A DNA stretch of 45,564 nt, taken from positions 1-45,564 of the IMG/VR virus record IMGVR_UViG_3300036520_000020; one strand, given 5' to 3'. Under the pieces are notes generated by a model. It was not told where the DNA came from. It searched no databases and worked only from the letters and a program-made list of their open reading frames with translations. The number at the start of each line of letters is the position of its first letter. The first letter of the stretch is position 1. This DNA comes from a virus. Its lineage: Duplodnaviria > Caudoviricetes. A program made the position numbers and the translations under genes. Of the stretch, positions 24,953 to 35,001 are shown piece after piece.

Positions 24953-26613
24953 TGGCCTGGTCTCTCGCCTGCCCTGACTGGCAGGAGCGTCTACGGACGG
25001 GACGGTCCCTGGTCCCGCCGCTGCCGCTCGACAAGGTGGAGGCTGACCGGGCGGTCGCGATCTTTAACCGGTTGCGGCTGCCCGATGTGCCTGGACAGCC
25101 GGCACTAGCGGAGGCGGGCGGCGAGTGGTTCCGCGACATCGTGCGGGCCCTGTTCGGGTCACTGGATGCCAAGGGCAAGCGCCAGATCGAAGAGCTCTTC
25201 GTCCTGGTGCCGAAGAAGAACTCGAAGACGACCAACGGCGCGGCTCTGATGCTGACCGCGCTGCTGCTGAACCGGCGGCCACGGGCTGAGTTCCTGCTGG
25301 TCGCGCCGACGCAGAAGATCACGGAGCTAGCCTTCAACCAGGTGATCGGGATGATTGAAGCCGATCCGGTCCTCAACGACCGCATCCATATTCAGGCCCA
25401 CCTCAAGCGTGTCACGGTCCGCAAGGGGCCAGGGAAGGGCGCCTTTCTGGAGGTGAAGTCCTTCGATCCGAAGATCGTCACCGGCTCTAAGGCCGCAGGC
25501 GTGCTGGTCGACGAGCTCCACACCGTGCCGCAGAGCGATGCGGACCGGGTGATCGGACAGCTCAAGGGAGGCCTTATCTCCCAGCCTGAGGCCTTTATGG
25601 CCTACATCACGACGCAGTCCGAGAGGCCGCCGTCTGGCGTGTTCAAGGCGAAGCTGGAGCAGGCGAGGGGTGTTCGGGACGGAACGCGCGAGGGGGCCAT
25701 GCTCCCGGTGCTCTATGAGTTTCCGCAGGGGGTCGATTGGAGGGATCCGGCGAACTGGTGGATGGTCACTCCGAACCGGGGCCTCTCGATCACAACCGAA
25801 CGCCTGGTCCCGGACTACGAGGTCGCAGTTCAGTCCGGCGAGGAAGAACTCCGCCGCTGGGCGTCGCAGCATCTCAACATCGAGATCGGCCTGGCGCTGC
25901 GCTCCGACCGCTGGGCCGGCGCCGGCTTCTGGGAGGGGCGGGGCGATTCTGGCCTGACACTGGAGGAGGTCCTCCAGCGCTCCGAATGCGTCGTGGTCGG
26001 TATCGACGGTGGCGGCCTCGACGATCTCTTCGGCATGGCGGTGCTGGGCCGCGAGCGGGAGACCAAGAACTGGCTCCTGTGGTCGCATGCCTGGGCTCAC
26101 AAGGGCGTCTTGGAGCGACGCAAGAGCATTGCGGCGCGCCTGACCGACTTCGAGCGCGACGGGGATCTGACCATCGTCGATGACGAGCTCGGCGACATTT
26201 CGGACATCGTCGAGATCATCCATGGCATCAATGAGCAAGGGCTCCTGGCCTGCGTGGCCGTGGATCCAGCTGGCCTGGGTGAGCTGATCGATGCCCTGGC
26301 CGAGATCGGCATCACCCAAGAGGGCAAGCAGGTGATCGGCGCGCCCCAGGGTTACGCCATGATGAACGCGATCAAGACGGCTGAGCGCAAGCTGGCCAAC
26401 GGCACGCTGGTGCACGGGGGCTCACCTCTGATGGCATGGTGTGTTGGCAACCTGAAGATTGAGCCGACGGCAACCGCAATCCGAGCGACGAAGCAAAACG
26501 CGGGCGATGCCAAGATCGATCCTGTCATGGCGCTGTTCGACGCTGTGACCGTCATGGCGCTGAACCCGGAAGCCAAGAAGGCGCCGGCCTTCCAGATGTA
26601 CGTCTTCGGCTGA
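24952..26613 (+). CDS. terL: terminase large subunit
   Basis: VPKKNSKTT Walker A, VLVDELH Walker B, GIDGGGLDDL nuclease motif, KIDPVMA. Confidence 0.95.
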   Translation: MAWSLACPDWQERLRTGRSLVPPLPLDKVEADRAVAIFNRLRLPDVPGQPALAEAGGEWFRDIVRALFGSLDAKGKRQIEELFVLVPKKNSKTTNGAALMLTALLLNRRPRAEFLLVAPTQKITELAFNQVIGMIEADPVLNDRIHIQAHLKRVTVRKGPGKGAFLEVKSFDPKIVTGSKAAGVLVDELHTVPQSDADRVIGQLKGGLISQPEAFMAYITTQSERPPSGVFKAKLEQARGVRDGTREGAMLPVLYEFPQGVDWRDPANWWMVTPNRGLSITTERLVPDYEVAVQSGEEELRRWASQHLNIEIGLALRSDRWAGAGFWEGRGDSGLTLEEVLQRSECVVVGIDGGGLDDLFGMAVLGRERETKNWLLWSHAWAHKGVLERRKSIAARLTDFERDGDLTIVDDELGDISDIVEIIHGINEQGLLACVAVDPAGLGELIDALAEIGITQEGKQVIGAPQGYAMMNAIKTAERKLANGTLVHGGSPLMAWCVGNLKIEPTATAIRATKQNAGDAKIDPVMALFDAVTVMALNPEAKKAPAFQMYVFG

Positions 26614-26628
26614 CGAAGGAACACTCAC

Positions 26629-28575
26629 ATGAATAGGGCCTATGCGGTCCTCCACGTGAAAGCCGTGGAGGACGACGAGCGCGTGATCAGGGGTACGGCC
26701 ACGACCCCCAGCCCCGATCGCGTCGGTGACATCGTTGACCCGCTTGGCGTCAGCTTCAAGAACCCGTTGCCACTCCTGCATCAGCACGACAGCGACAAGC
26801 CTGTCGGCACGGTGACGTTCGACAAGCCGACAAAGGATGGCATCACGTTCGAAGCCAGGCTGCCGAAGATTCTGGAGCCGGGGCCACTCAAGGACCGCGT
26901 CGACACCGCCTGGGGCGAGATCAAGGCCGGCCTGGTCCGGGCGGTCTCCATCGGCTTCCGCGCTCTCGAATACGCCTTTCTGGACGGTGGTGGCATCCGG
27001 TTCGTTGAGCCCGAAGTGCTCGAGCTGTCCCTGGTCTCCGTGCCGGCCAACGCCGATGCGGTGATCTCCACCATCAAGTCGATCGATCGCCCTCTGCTCG
27101 CCGCGACAGGCAAGGAGCCGAAGGCGGCCGATCGGCCTGTTCCTCCCGGCGCTGCGGGAAAGTCCACCAAACCCGTGAACTTGCGCCCCAAGGAGGGCAC
27201 AACCATGAAGCCGATTGCAGAGCAGATCACTGCTCTTGAAGCCAAGCGTGCTGCGAATGCCGCCCGCATGGAAGAGGTGATGCAGAAGAGCATCGACGAA
27301 GGGCGTTCGACCGACGCTGCCGAACAGGAGGAGTTCGATACGCTCTCCCAGGAGATCGAGGCCATCGACGGCGATCTGAAGCGCTTGCGGGCCTTAGAGA
27401 AGGCAAAGGTCACGAACGCAAAGCCGGTGAACGGTGTGAAGACCGCCGAAACGGGAACTGCGGCCCGTTCTGGTGTCATCATCAAGGCTCCGAAGCCGGA
27501 GCCTGGTATCCGCTTCGCCCGTTATGCCCGCTGCCTCGGTCTCGCCCGCAAGCAGGGACGCGATGTGCTGAGCATCGCGGAAGAGCAGTACGGTACCCGT
27601 GACCCCGATCTTATCGGCGTGGTGAAGGCGGCGGTGACCGCCATCAATACCACCACGGATGCGGCCCTCATCGGCAACGAAGGGGGCTTCGCTGACTTCG
27701 TGGAGTACCTCCGGCCCATGACCATCGTGGGCCGCTTTGGCCAGGGCGGCTTGCCTGGCCTGCGCCGCGTCCCGTTCCGGGTGCCTCTCATCCGCCAGAC
27801 GGGTGGCGCCACCGGCTACTGGGTGGGTGAGGGCAAGGCGAAGCCCCTGACCAAGCCGGCCTGGGGCCGCACCGAACTTGGCCCGCTGAAGGCTGCCAAC
27901 ATCGCCGTGGCCACGATGGAGGTCCTGCGGGACAGCTCTCCCTCTGCCGAGACGCTGCTTCGGGACGATCTCGCCGCGGCCATTGCGGCTGCGATCGACA
28001 CGGCCTTCATCGATCCTGCCAATGCCGGCACCGCTGGCGTGAAGCCGGCCTCGATCACGAACGGCATCACCGCAATCGCATCGACCGGCAACGATGCGGC
28101 TGCGATCCGGGAAGATGCTCGTCTTGCGATGGCGGCGTTCGTGGCAGCGAACAACCCGCTGTCCTCCGGCGGCTGGATCATGTCCGCGACCCGGGCTCTT
28201 GCCCTGTCGGTCATGCGCACCGCCCTGGATCAGCCGGAGTTCCCGGGCCTGACCATGAACGGCGGTACCTTCATAGGCCTCCCTGTGATCGTGTCCGAGT
28301 ATGTGACCGATTACGTGGTGCTCGCCAATGCCGGCGACGTCTGGTTTGCCGACGATGGCGACGTGGCGGTGGATATGTCCACCGAGGCCTCGCTGGAGAT
28401 GGCCGACAACCCCGCGGGTTCGTCGACCACCCCGACGGCGGCGCAGCTGGTGTCCATGTTCCAGACCAACAGCGTCGCGTTCCGGGCGGAGCGCACGATC
28501 AACTGGACCAGGCGCCGCGACACCGGTGTGGCGGTTCTCGACAACGTCGCCTGGGGCGAGCCGGAGACGCCGTAA
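26629..28575 (+). CDS. HK97-type prohead protease fused to major capsid protein
   Basis: DRVGDIV, LLHQHD, SIGF, ELSLVSVPAN protease motifs; coiled delta domain; WVGEG-AKP and MFQTNSVAFRAER capsid motifs. Confidence 0.93.
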   Translation: MNRAYAVLHVKAVEDDERVIRGTATTPSPDRVGDIVDPLGVSFKNPLPLLHQHDSDKPVGTVTFDKPTKDGITFEARLPKILEPGPLKDRVDTAWGEIKAGLVRAVSIGFRALEYAFLDGGGIRFVEPEVLELSLVSVPANADAVISTIKSIDRPLLAATGKEPKAADRPVPPGAAGKSTKPVNLRPKEGTTMKPIAEQITALEAKRAANAARMEEVMQKSIDEGRSTDAAEQEEFDTLSQEIEAIDGDLKRLRALEKAKVTNAKPVNGVKTAETGTAARSGVIIKAPKPEPGIRFARYARCLGLARKQGRDVLSIAEEQYGTRDPDLIGVVKAAVTAINTTTDAALIGNEGGFADFVEYLRPMTIVGRFGQGGLPGLRRVPFRVPLIRQTGGATGYWVGEGKAKPLTKPAWGRTELGPLKAANIAVATMEVLRDSSPSAETLLRDDLAAAIAAAIDTAFIDPANAGTAGVKPASITNGITAIASTGNDAAAIREDARLAMAAFVAANNPLSSGGWIMSATRALALSVMRTALDQPEFPGLTMNGGTFIGLPVIVSEYVTDYVVLANAGDVWFADDGDVAVDMSTEASLEMADNPAGSSTTPTAAQLVSMFQTNSVAFRAERTINWTRRRDTGVAVLDNVAWGEPETP

Positions 28576-28595
28576 GCGCGTCGGACTGAATGAGC

Positions 28596-28624
28596 AAGGT
28601 GGCGGGTACTCCCCGCCACCTTTC
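28596..28624 (+). terminator. terminator after capsid gene
   Basis: AAGGTGGCGGG-TACTC-CCCGCCACCTTTC. Confidence 0.6.
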
Positions 28625-28635
28625 AGCATGGAGGC

Positions 28636-28986
28636 ATGCCGATGAACAAGACCATGATCGCGAGCCGGCCGATGACCTACGGCACGCGCCGGCTTCAGGC
28701 TGGAGACGAGTTCACCGCCTCCAGGCGAGATGCCCGGCTTCTGGCTGCGACGGGACGGGCAAGCCTGGCACAGGCCGGCGATGATCCGCCGATCGCTCCC
28801 AAGGAGGAGGGTCAGGCCAGCAAGCTTGCTCCGGAGAAGCCGGATGACGCGAAGGATGCTCCGGATCCAGAGGGCGAGGATTTGAAGGCCCTGCGCGCCG
28901 AGTACCAGGAGGTGGTTGGTAAGCGCCCCTTCGCGGGCTGGGATGGGGACATCCTACGCGAGAAGATCGCTGCGGCGCGGGGCTAA
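28636..28986 (+). CDS. hypothetical head-module protein
   Basis: MTYGTRRLQAGDEF N-terminus; LRAEYQEVVGKRPFAGWD...LREKI helical C-terminus. Confidence 0.75.
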   Translation: MPMNKTMIASRPMTYGTRRLQAGDEFTASRRDARLLAATGRASLAQAGDDPPIAPKEEGQASKLAPEKPDDAKDAPDPEGEDLKALRAEYQEVVGKRPFAGWDGDILREKIAAARG

Positions 28987-28989
28987 CCG

Positions 28990-30378
28990 GTGCGCATCTT
29001 CGGTTTCGATATCACGCGGTCCGCCCCAGCCCCTGTTGTCTTGCGTGAGGCTGGGCGCGTTCCGCTGGTCAACAAGGCTCGCGCGCCCGTGTCGTCGCGC
29101 GGCGGCTGGTGGCCGCTCGTGCACGAGGCTTATGCCGGAGCCTGGCAGCAGAACGTCGAGGTGCGGTTCGATTCTGTCCTCTCGAACCATGCGGACTTTG
29201 CCTGCCGGACGCTGATCGCTTCTGACATCGCGAAGCTGCGGGTGAAGCTGGTTCGTCAGGACAACGACGGCATCTGGAGTGAGACGAAGAACCCGGCCTA
29301 CTCGCCCGTTCTGCGCAAGCCGAACGACTATCAGAACCGGATCCAGTTCTTCGAAGCCTGGGTCCTGTCGAAGCTCCAGCGCGGCAACGCCTACATCCTG
29401 AAGCAGCGGGATAACCGTCAGGTGGTCACACGGCTCTACGTGCTCGACCCGGGACTGGTCACCCCACTGGTGACCGAGACGGGCGAGGTCTACTACGAGC
29501 TCAGGGCCGACAACCTCTCGGGCGTCTCAGAGCGGCTCGTTGTGCCGGCGAGCGAGATCATCCACGACCGATTCAACTGCTTCTTCCACCCGCTCGTCGG
29601 GTTGTCGCCGATCTTCGCAAGTGGACTGGCCTCGATGCAGGGGCTGGCGATCCAGAATAATTCAACCCGCTTCTTTCAGAACGGCTCTCAGCCAGGAGGC
29701 ATTCTGACGGCTCCCAACGCGATCTCGGATGAGACTGCTGAGCGACTGAAGGCCTATTGGGAGAACAACTTCTCCGGCCGGAACGCCGGCAAGGTGGCGG
29801 TGGTCGGCGACGGCCTCAAGTATGAGGCGCTGACCGCCAAGGCTGTGGACGCGCAACTGATAGAACAGCTGAAGTGGACGGCCGAGGTCGTTTGCAGCTG
29901 TTATCACGTCCCGCCCTACAAGATCGGGGTTGGAGCGCTGCCCTCCTACAACAACGTTCAGGCTCTGAACGTCGAGTACTACTCGCAGTGCCTGCAGGTG
30001 CTGATCGAGGCCATAGAACTATGCCTGGATGAGGGGCTCGCCACTGGCGAGGGTCTTGGAACGGAGTTCGATACCGAGAACCTGCTGCGCATGGATGGCG
30101 TGACCCAGATGGAGATGCTCGACAAGGCGAAGGGCATCATGGCGCCGAACGAACAGCGCAGGCGCTTGGACCTGCCGCCGAAGCCCGGCGGCGATAGTCC
30201 CATGCTGCAGCAGCAGAACTTCTCGCTTGAGGCGCTGGCCAAGCGCGATGCGCAGGCGGACCCGTTCGCTAAGTCGCGCTCTGAGGCGCAACCCGCTGAT
30301 GAGACGCCGGCCAACGACAACGCGATGCGCGAGCAGGCTGCGGCCGCTGTTGCCGAGTTTCAGAAGGGGCTTGCCTAA
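28990..30378 (+). CDS. HK97-family portal protein
   Basis: [47 protein letters not shown]. Confidence 0.95.
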   Translation: MRIFGFDITRSAPAPVVLREAGRVPLVNKARAPVSSRGGWWPLVHEAYAGAWQQNVEVRFDSVLSNHADFACRTLIASDIAKLRVKLVRQDNDGIWSETKNPAYSPVLRKPNDYQNRIQFFEAWVLSKLQRGNAYILKQRDNRQVVTRLYVLDPGLVTPLVTETGEVYYELRADNLSGVSERLVVPASEIIHDRFNCFFHPLVGLSPIFASGLASMQGLAIQNNSTRFFQNGSQPGGILTAPNAISDETAERLKAYWENNFSGRNAGKVAVVGDGLKYEALTAKAVDAQLIEQLKWTAEVVCSCYHVPPYKIGVGALPSYNNVQALNVEYYSQCLQVLIEAIELCLDEGLATGEGLGTEFDTENLLRMDGVTQMEMLDKAKGIMAPNEQRRRLDLPPKPGGDSPMLQQQNFSLEALAKRDAQADPFAKSRSEAQPADETPANDNAMREQAAAAVAEFQKGLA

Positions 30379-31223
30379 TGTTCGACGGGAAAGCCTTCGG
30401 TGCTGCGCTTGTCGACACCGTGAAGGGGTACGTCGAGCGGCAGCTCACGCCTGTTCTCTCCCGTTTAGATGCGGTCGAAAGGCGCGCTCCGGAGAAAGGC
30501 GAGCCAGGTTCTCCTGGTCGCGATGGCGTCGACGGCAAGGACGGTGAGCCTGGAGCGGACGGCGCCCCAGGCCAGGACGGCAAGGATGGCGAACCAGGAG
30601 CACCCGGCCGGGACGGCGTCAACGGTAAGGACGGTGCACCCGGGTTGGACGGCAAGGACGGCGCTCCGGGCGAGCGTGGCGTCGATGGCGCTCCTGGTCG
30701 CGATGGAATCGACGGGAAGGATGGTTCCCCTGGCAGAGACGGTGTCGGGCTGGCCGGCGCGCTGATCGGGCGGGACGGCAATCTCGTGGTGACCTTAACC
30801 GATGGTACCACACGGGACCTTGGGCCTGTTGTAGGCAAGGATGGCGTACAGGGCGCCCCGGGGCGCGACGGCAAGGATGGCCGGGATGGTGCCGATGGCT
30901 TCGGTTTCGATGACCTCGAAGTCGTCCACGACGGTGCGCGGGGCTTCACCTTCCGCTTCGCCAAGGGCGAACGGGTCAAGGAGTTCGGCTTCAAGCTACC
31001 GGTTGTGCTCGACTGTGGTGTCTTCCGAGAGGGGCAGACCTATGGCGCCGGCGACGGGGTCACCTGGGCTGGATCGTTCTGGATCGCGCAAGAGGACACG
31101 AGCGAGAAGCCGGACAGCGGCAAAGGTTGGCGCCTCGCAGTCAAGCGCGGGCGCGACGGCAAGGATGGTCAGAAGGGCGAGCGCGGGCCTGAGGGGCCGG
31201 CTGGCAAGGGGCAGAGGCCGTAA
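30378..31223 (+). CDS. collagen-like (Gly-X-Y) protein
   Basis: Long runs of G-x-PGRDG-DGKDG; C-terminal [11 protein letters not shown]...[13 protein letters not shown]. Confidence 0.85.
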   Translation: MFDGKAFGAALVDTVKGYVERQLTPVLSRLDAVERRAPEKGEPGSPGRDGVDGKDGEPGADGAPGQDGKDGEPGAPGRDGVNGKDGAPGLDGKDGAPGERGVDGAPGRDGIDGKDGSPGRDGVGLAGALIGRDGNLVVTLTDGTTRDLGPVVGKDGVQGAPGRDGKDGRDGADGFGFDDLEVVHDGARGFTFRFAKGERVKEFGFKLPVVLDCGVFREGQTYGAGDGVTWAGSFWIAQEDTSEKPDSGKGWRLAVKRGRDGKDGQKGERGPEGPAGKGQRP

Positions 31224-31834
31224 TGCCGTTCGTGACTGTCATCACACCGGCCGAGCACCAGCGCCTGACGACGGTGGAGGCTGTGCGCCGCGAGTGCGGG
31301 ATCTCTATTGAGGATCTGGACAATGCCGGCGTGACGGCCCTGATCGAAGAAGCGTCCAGCATTGTGGCTGAGTATTGTGGGCGGGTATTCGCTCGTGAGG
31401 AGGTGAAGGAGACGATTTTGGGCGCGACCGCGCGACTTGTGCTCTCACGCTATCCTGTGGCGAGCGTTGCAGAGGTTACAGGTAGGTTCGGCTCAGTCGC
31501 GACCGACACTCTCCAAATTGATGCTCAGTCCGGCATTGTGGTGCTGCCCCAGCATCAGAACTGGAGACCCCAAAGCGACGCTCAGGTCAGGTACACGGCC
31601 GGCTACGTGTTGCCTGGCGAGGAAGGAAGGACGCTTCCCCGCAGCATTGAACGGGCAGCAATCCTCCTCATCGGAACCACCTGGAACGCCCGCGAGCGTG
31701 ATCCCGCCGTGAAGTCCGAGATGATGGATGGTGTCGGTCGTCTCGACTACTTCGTACCGGGTGCTTTCACCAGCTTGCCCTCCCCAGAGGCGGAGGCCCT
31801 TCTGCGCACTTACCGCGCGCCGAGGATGGCATGA
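31223..31834 (+). CDS. head-tail connector (gp6-like)
   Basis: LIEEAS-IVAEYCGR...YP...VRYTAGY...LP-SIERA; position in module. Confidence 0.8.
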   Translation: MPFVTVITPAEHQRLTTVEAVRRECGISIEDLDNAGVTALIEEASSIVAEYCGRVFAREEVKETILGATARLVLSRYPVASVAEVTGRFGSVATDTLQIDAQSGIVVLPQHQNWRPQSDAQVRYTAGYVLPGEEGRTLPRSIERAAILLIGTTWNARERDPAVKSEMMDGVGRLDYFVPGAFTSLPSPEAEALLRTYRAPRMA

Positions 31835-32157
31835 ACCAGTCCGTCCAGCGCATGCAACGTCGCATGCTGCGGCGCCGCGGCCAGACAGTGACCCTCCGGC
31901 GCAACACCACGCCGCCGCTGGTGCTTGAGAACGTTCCGGCGCGCGTGATGGGCGATGGCGCTCCTGAAGAGCTCGTGGGCGGCATCGGTCAAAAGCAAAT
32001 CGCCGCGATCATCCTAAAGGAAAGTGTAACCTTCCCGGGTGGTCTGAAGGCCGGCGATGTGCTGATCCACGAAGGGCAGCATTACACCCTCCTGACCGTC
32101 GATGGCGCGACCAAGGGCGTGTATGCCTACGTGGCGAAAAGCAGGCCTCCGACCTAA
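31831..32157 (+). CDS. head-closure protein (putative)
   Basis: RGQTVTLRR; size and position. Confidence 0.6.
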   Translation: MNQSVQRMQRRMLRRRGQTVTLRRNTTPPLVLENVPARVMGDGAPEELVGGIGQKQIAAIILKESVTFPGGLKAGDVLIHEGQHYTLLTVDGATKGVYAYVAKSRPPT

Positions 32158-32810
32158 TGGGCACGAAGATCTCCATGAAGATGGACCCGATCGCCCGGAG
32201 TATTGGGCTCGTCATCCCAGAGCTCTCGCCGGAGGGCAGGTCAAAGGCCTTTGCGGCCTTCGCCCGCGCCGAAGCACGCAAGGTCGACGACGCTCATCGG
32301 CAGCGATCCGGCAAGGTACCTAAGCGGACTACCACCGTGGACGGCCGGGAGGGCGCCTCTGAGGAGAGCGTGAAGCCGGACGGAGGGCGGATCGAGTACG
32401 ACTGGGAATTGTTCGGTGACGTGTTCGAGTGGATCGAGGCCCAATTGATCATCAATAGCCCGGTCCTCACGGGCGTCTACCAGAAGAGCCACGAGTTCAC
32501 CGCCGATGGCCAGTCCGCCGACCCAATGAACCCGCCCCTGGATGCTTTCGAATGGGTGTTCCAGTCAGCTGAGCCCTACAGCCGAAAGCTGGAGCGCATG
32601 TACGGCCTCTACGCCAGCGTCGTGGTGATGGCTCAGAAGCGCTTTGGCAATGTGCTGGCGATCAACTTCGCCTATCGTAGCCCTTTGCTCGACTATGTCG
32701 CCTTTGGAGGGCAGCGCGCGGGACGTAAGGCTGGCGCGGCCAAGCGCTCGGCCCACAACATGGAAAAGGCGTCCCGCCTGCCCGCTATTGTGGTGAGGCG
32801 GAGAGGCTGA
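32157..32810 (+). CDS. neck protein (putative)
   Basis: SPVLTG-Y--SH, PYSRKLE motifs; position. Confidence 0.65.
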   Translation: MGTKISMKMDPIARSIGLVIPELSPEGRSKAFAAFARAEARKVDDAHRQRSGKVPKRTTTVDGREGASEESVKPDGGRIEYDWELFGDVFEWIEAQLIINSPVLTGVYQKSHEFTADGQSADPMNPPLDAFEWVFQSAEPYSRKLERMYGLYASVVVMAQKRFGNVLAINFAYRSPLLDYVAFGGQRAGRKAGAAKRSAHNMEKASRLPAIVVRRRG

Positions 32811-32811
32811 G

Positions 32812-33231
32812 ATGCCCCGCAAGGCTGTTTCTGAAGCCGTGGATGCCCGTTTGGCGGCTGAGTGGTCTCTCTGCAGGGTGGAGGCGTTCAACAAGCTCTA
32901 CGAGCCTCCTGTGAGCGAAGCAGGGGAGCCGGTGCCGTTCCTGGTTGCACACTATCCCCTGTCAGAGACCAGGCGGCTTCTCCTCTCGGAGCCTCTCGAC
33001 CTTGAGACGGGGGTCATTCGCTTCATTTTGAGCACCCTTCGCCAGAGCGGTGTCGAAACGGCGCTCGAATGGGCAGACGTCCTGGCCGACCTGTTCCGCC
33101 ACCAGGAGTTCGACGGTGTCGTGACCTACGACGCCAGCTCGCCCAGTCTGGATGATGACACCGATCTTGGGAGCTATCTCCGGACCATCGTACTCGTTGA
33201 GTACGAGCATCAATTCACCAGCGCGGAGTAA
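32812..33231 (+). CDS. tail terminator (putative)
   Basis: Acidic 139-aa protein before the tail tube; ADVLADLFR...FDGV. Confidence 0.65.
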   Translation: MPRKAVSEAVDARLAAEWSLCRVEAFNKLYEPPVSEAGEPVPFLVAHYPLSETRRLLLSEPLDLETGVIRFILSTLRQSGVETALEWADVLADLFRHQEFDGVVTYDASSPSLDDDTDLGSYLRTIVLVEYEHQFTSAE

Positions 33232-33236
33232 TCACG

Positions 33237-33515
33237 ATGACAACTCAGAAGTACCGAAACACCTTAGCCCGCTCGCTTGATTTCCCCCTGAAGGGCGGCG
33301 AGATCGATTCCTTCAAGCCCGGCGAGGTGAAGGCTTTGCGGGCGGATCCGGAGCACCCGCGGGTGCGGGCTCACCTCCTGGCCCTTAACCTGGTTCCGGT
33401 TGAGGAAGAGACATCTTCGAAGCGGCCGGCGTCCACAAGAGCCGCCCCTACGCCCCGTGCCTCCAAGAAGACGGAAGCTCCTGCGGCTGCCCCTTCTGAG
33501 GCGACTGAGACTTAG
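33237..33515 (+). CDS. hypothetical protein
   Basis: GGAG RBS; low-complexity C-terminus. Confidence 0.65.
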   Translation: MTTQKYRNTLARSLDFPLKGGEIDSFKPGEVKALRADPEHPRVRAHLLALNLVPVEEETSSKRPASTRAAPTPRASKKTEAPAAAPSEATET

Positions 33516-33542
33516 CCTCTTCTGCAGTTTTGTAGGCCACAA

Positions 33543-33571
33543 CCCCGCTGAAGCCCGGCGGGGCTTTTTTG
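33543..33571 (+). terminator. intrinsic terminator
   Basis: CCCCGCTG-AAGCC-CGGCGGGG-CTTTTTTG. Confidence 0.7.
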
Positions 33572-33623
33572 TATCCTCTGACGACGTGGGCTGTCGCTCA
33601 ATCCAACCGCTGGAGCGGCTCCA

Positions 33624-34115
33624 ATGGCAACCAGAATGCGCACGGGACGTAAGAACAAGGTCAGCATCAGCCCGGCCGTCCCTGATCCAGATGCAGCCAA
33701 TACCCTGGCTGAGGTCAAGGCTCTCACCTTCACGCCGATCGGCGGCGTCGACGGCAACGGTGGCATCGGCGAGTATGGTGACGCCGTGGGTTTTGCGACG
33801 GCCTCCACCCTGGAGGATGCGCGCATGCAGCGCGCGAAGACCATCGCTGATGCCGGCGAGTGGTCGCTGACCTGCCTCGACAACCCGGACGACCTCGGCC
33901 AGGCCGCGATGCTGGCGGCCGTCGATAGCGAGTTCGAGTTCGTGATCAAGATAGAGAAGAACAACAAGAAGACCAGCGGCGGCACGAACCAGATCGACTA
34001 CTTCCGGGTGCTCGTCGGCGGCGCCAGGTTCCAGCCGGGCGGCAATGACGGCGTGCAACGGCGCGTTTTCAACTGCGCGATCAACTCTGAGACCTGGACG
34101 GATCCGGCAACCTAA
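33624..34115 (+). CDS. major tail tube protein
   Basis: IGEYGD...KTIADAG...DDLGQAAM...DYFRVLV...CAINS; position before chaperone and TMP. Confidence 0.8.
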   Translation: MATRMRTGRKNKVSISPAVPDPDAANTLAEVKALTFTPIGGVDGNGGIGEYGDAVGFATASTLEDARMQRAKTIADAGEWSLTCLDNPDDLGQAAMLAAVDSEFEFVIKIEKNNKKTSGGTNQIDYFRVLVGGARFQPGGNDGVQRRVFNCAINSETWTDPAT

Positions 34116-34165
34116 TCCGAGATCTGAGGCGCCTTCGTTCGATCCAGACCAACAGGAGATAGGCA

Positions 34166-34624
34166 GTGAGCCTTGATATGTACGAGGCCGAGGCCACCCG
34201 TGCGCTCGACGGCGCATGGGTTGGCCCGGCCATTCACAAGCTCGACAAGGTGCAGTTCAGGGTTCGCGCCTGGGCCAATCCGGAGTTCATCACGCTGCGC
34301 GACCGGCTCATGGCGTCCGTCCCGCGAGACAAGCGGACCCCCGATGGTGACATTCCGGCCGATGAAGTGCACCGCATTCACACCGAGTGCCTTCTGCAGA
34401 CCGTTCTGCTCGACTGGCGTGGCCTGGAAGCCACCAAGAATGGGCCGCCCGTCGTCTATACGGCGGACAAGGCCCGTGAGCTGCTGACCCATCCGAAGAT
34501 CGGCAGCGCCTTCTCCCCCTTCCGCCAGGCGATCGTTGCTTCGGCCACCCAAGTCGCGAAGGAGGGGCGTGAGCAGCTGGAGGAGGAGATAAAAAACTCC
34601 AACGAGCCCTCCGCTGGCGCATAG
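34166..34624 (+). CDS. tail assembly chaperone (G)
   Basis: GAWV...RVRAW-NP...LLDWRGL...YT-DKA-ELL; ends at a slippery site. Confidence 0.8.
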   Translation: MSLDMYEAEATRALDGAWVGPAIHKLDKVQFRVRAWANPEFITLRDRLMASVPRDKRTPDGDIPADEVHRIHTECLLQTVLLDWRGLEATKNGPPVVYTADKARELLTHPKIGSAFSPFRQAIVASATQVAKEGREQLEEEIKNSNEPSAGA

Positions 34625-35001
34625 CGTGGGGCGACAAGGACGAGGAGACGCTCCAGTACATCCTCGACCATGACCTTGGTGGCGGCAATGAGGAAGAGGG
34701 CATCCCTCCTTATCGGGAGGGGCCTCGCCTCTGGCCTCACCTGCAGAGCGTCTTTGACGCCTGGCAGGATCTCTGCTCGGAGCGGCCCGACCGCCTCAAG
34801 CGCATCCCCTGGCGCGCTCTGAACGACTACGCGCAGCGGCGCCAGATCAACGATCTTCAGCAGTTTGAACGCTTCGAGACGCTCGTGATGGCGCTGGACG
34901 GCGCCTGGCTCGAAGCAGAGGCCAGGACTGCCGAGATCGAGCGGCAGGACACAGAAGCCAAGCGGCAAGGATATCAGCAGGGCGACGATGGCGAACCTTG
35001 A
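34591..35001 (+). CDS. tail assembly chaperone frameshift extension (GT, -1 frame)
   Basis: A-AAA-AAC heptamer at 34591-34597; -1 frame is open to TGA 34999-35001 (LRWRIAWG...AWQDLCSER...IPWRALNDYA...MALDGAWL); absent from the ORF track. Confidence 0.8.
   Translation, partial: KKLQRALRWRIAWGDKDEETLQYILDHDLGGGNEEEGIPPYREGPRLWPHLQSVFDAWQDLCSERPDRLKRIPWRALNDYAQRRQINDLQQFERFETLVMALDGAWLEAEARTAEIERQDTEAKRQGYQQGDDGEP

Noticed and set aside
24597-30994. Long antisense ORFs (e.g. 25327..26415, 27394..28629, 30269..30994)
   Set aside because: Mirror frames of strongly codon-biased terminase, capsid and collagen genes; no independent motifs
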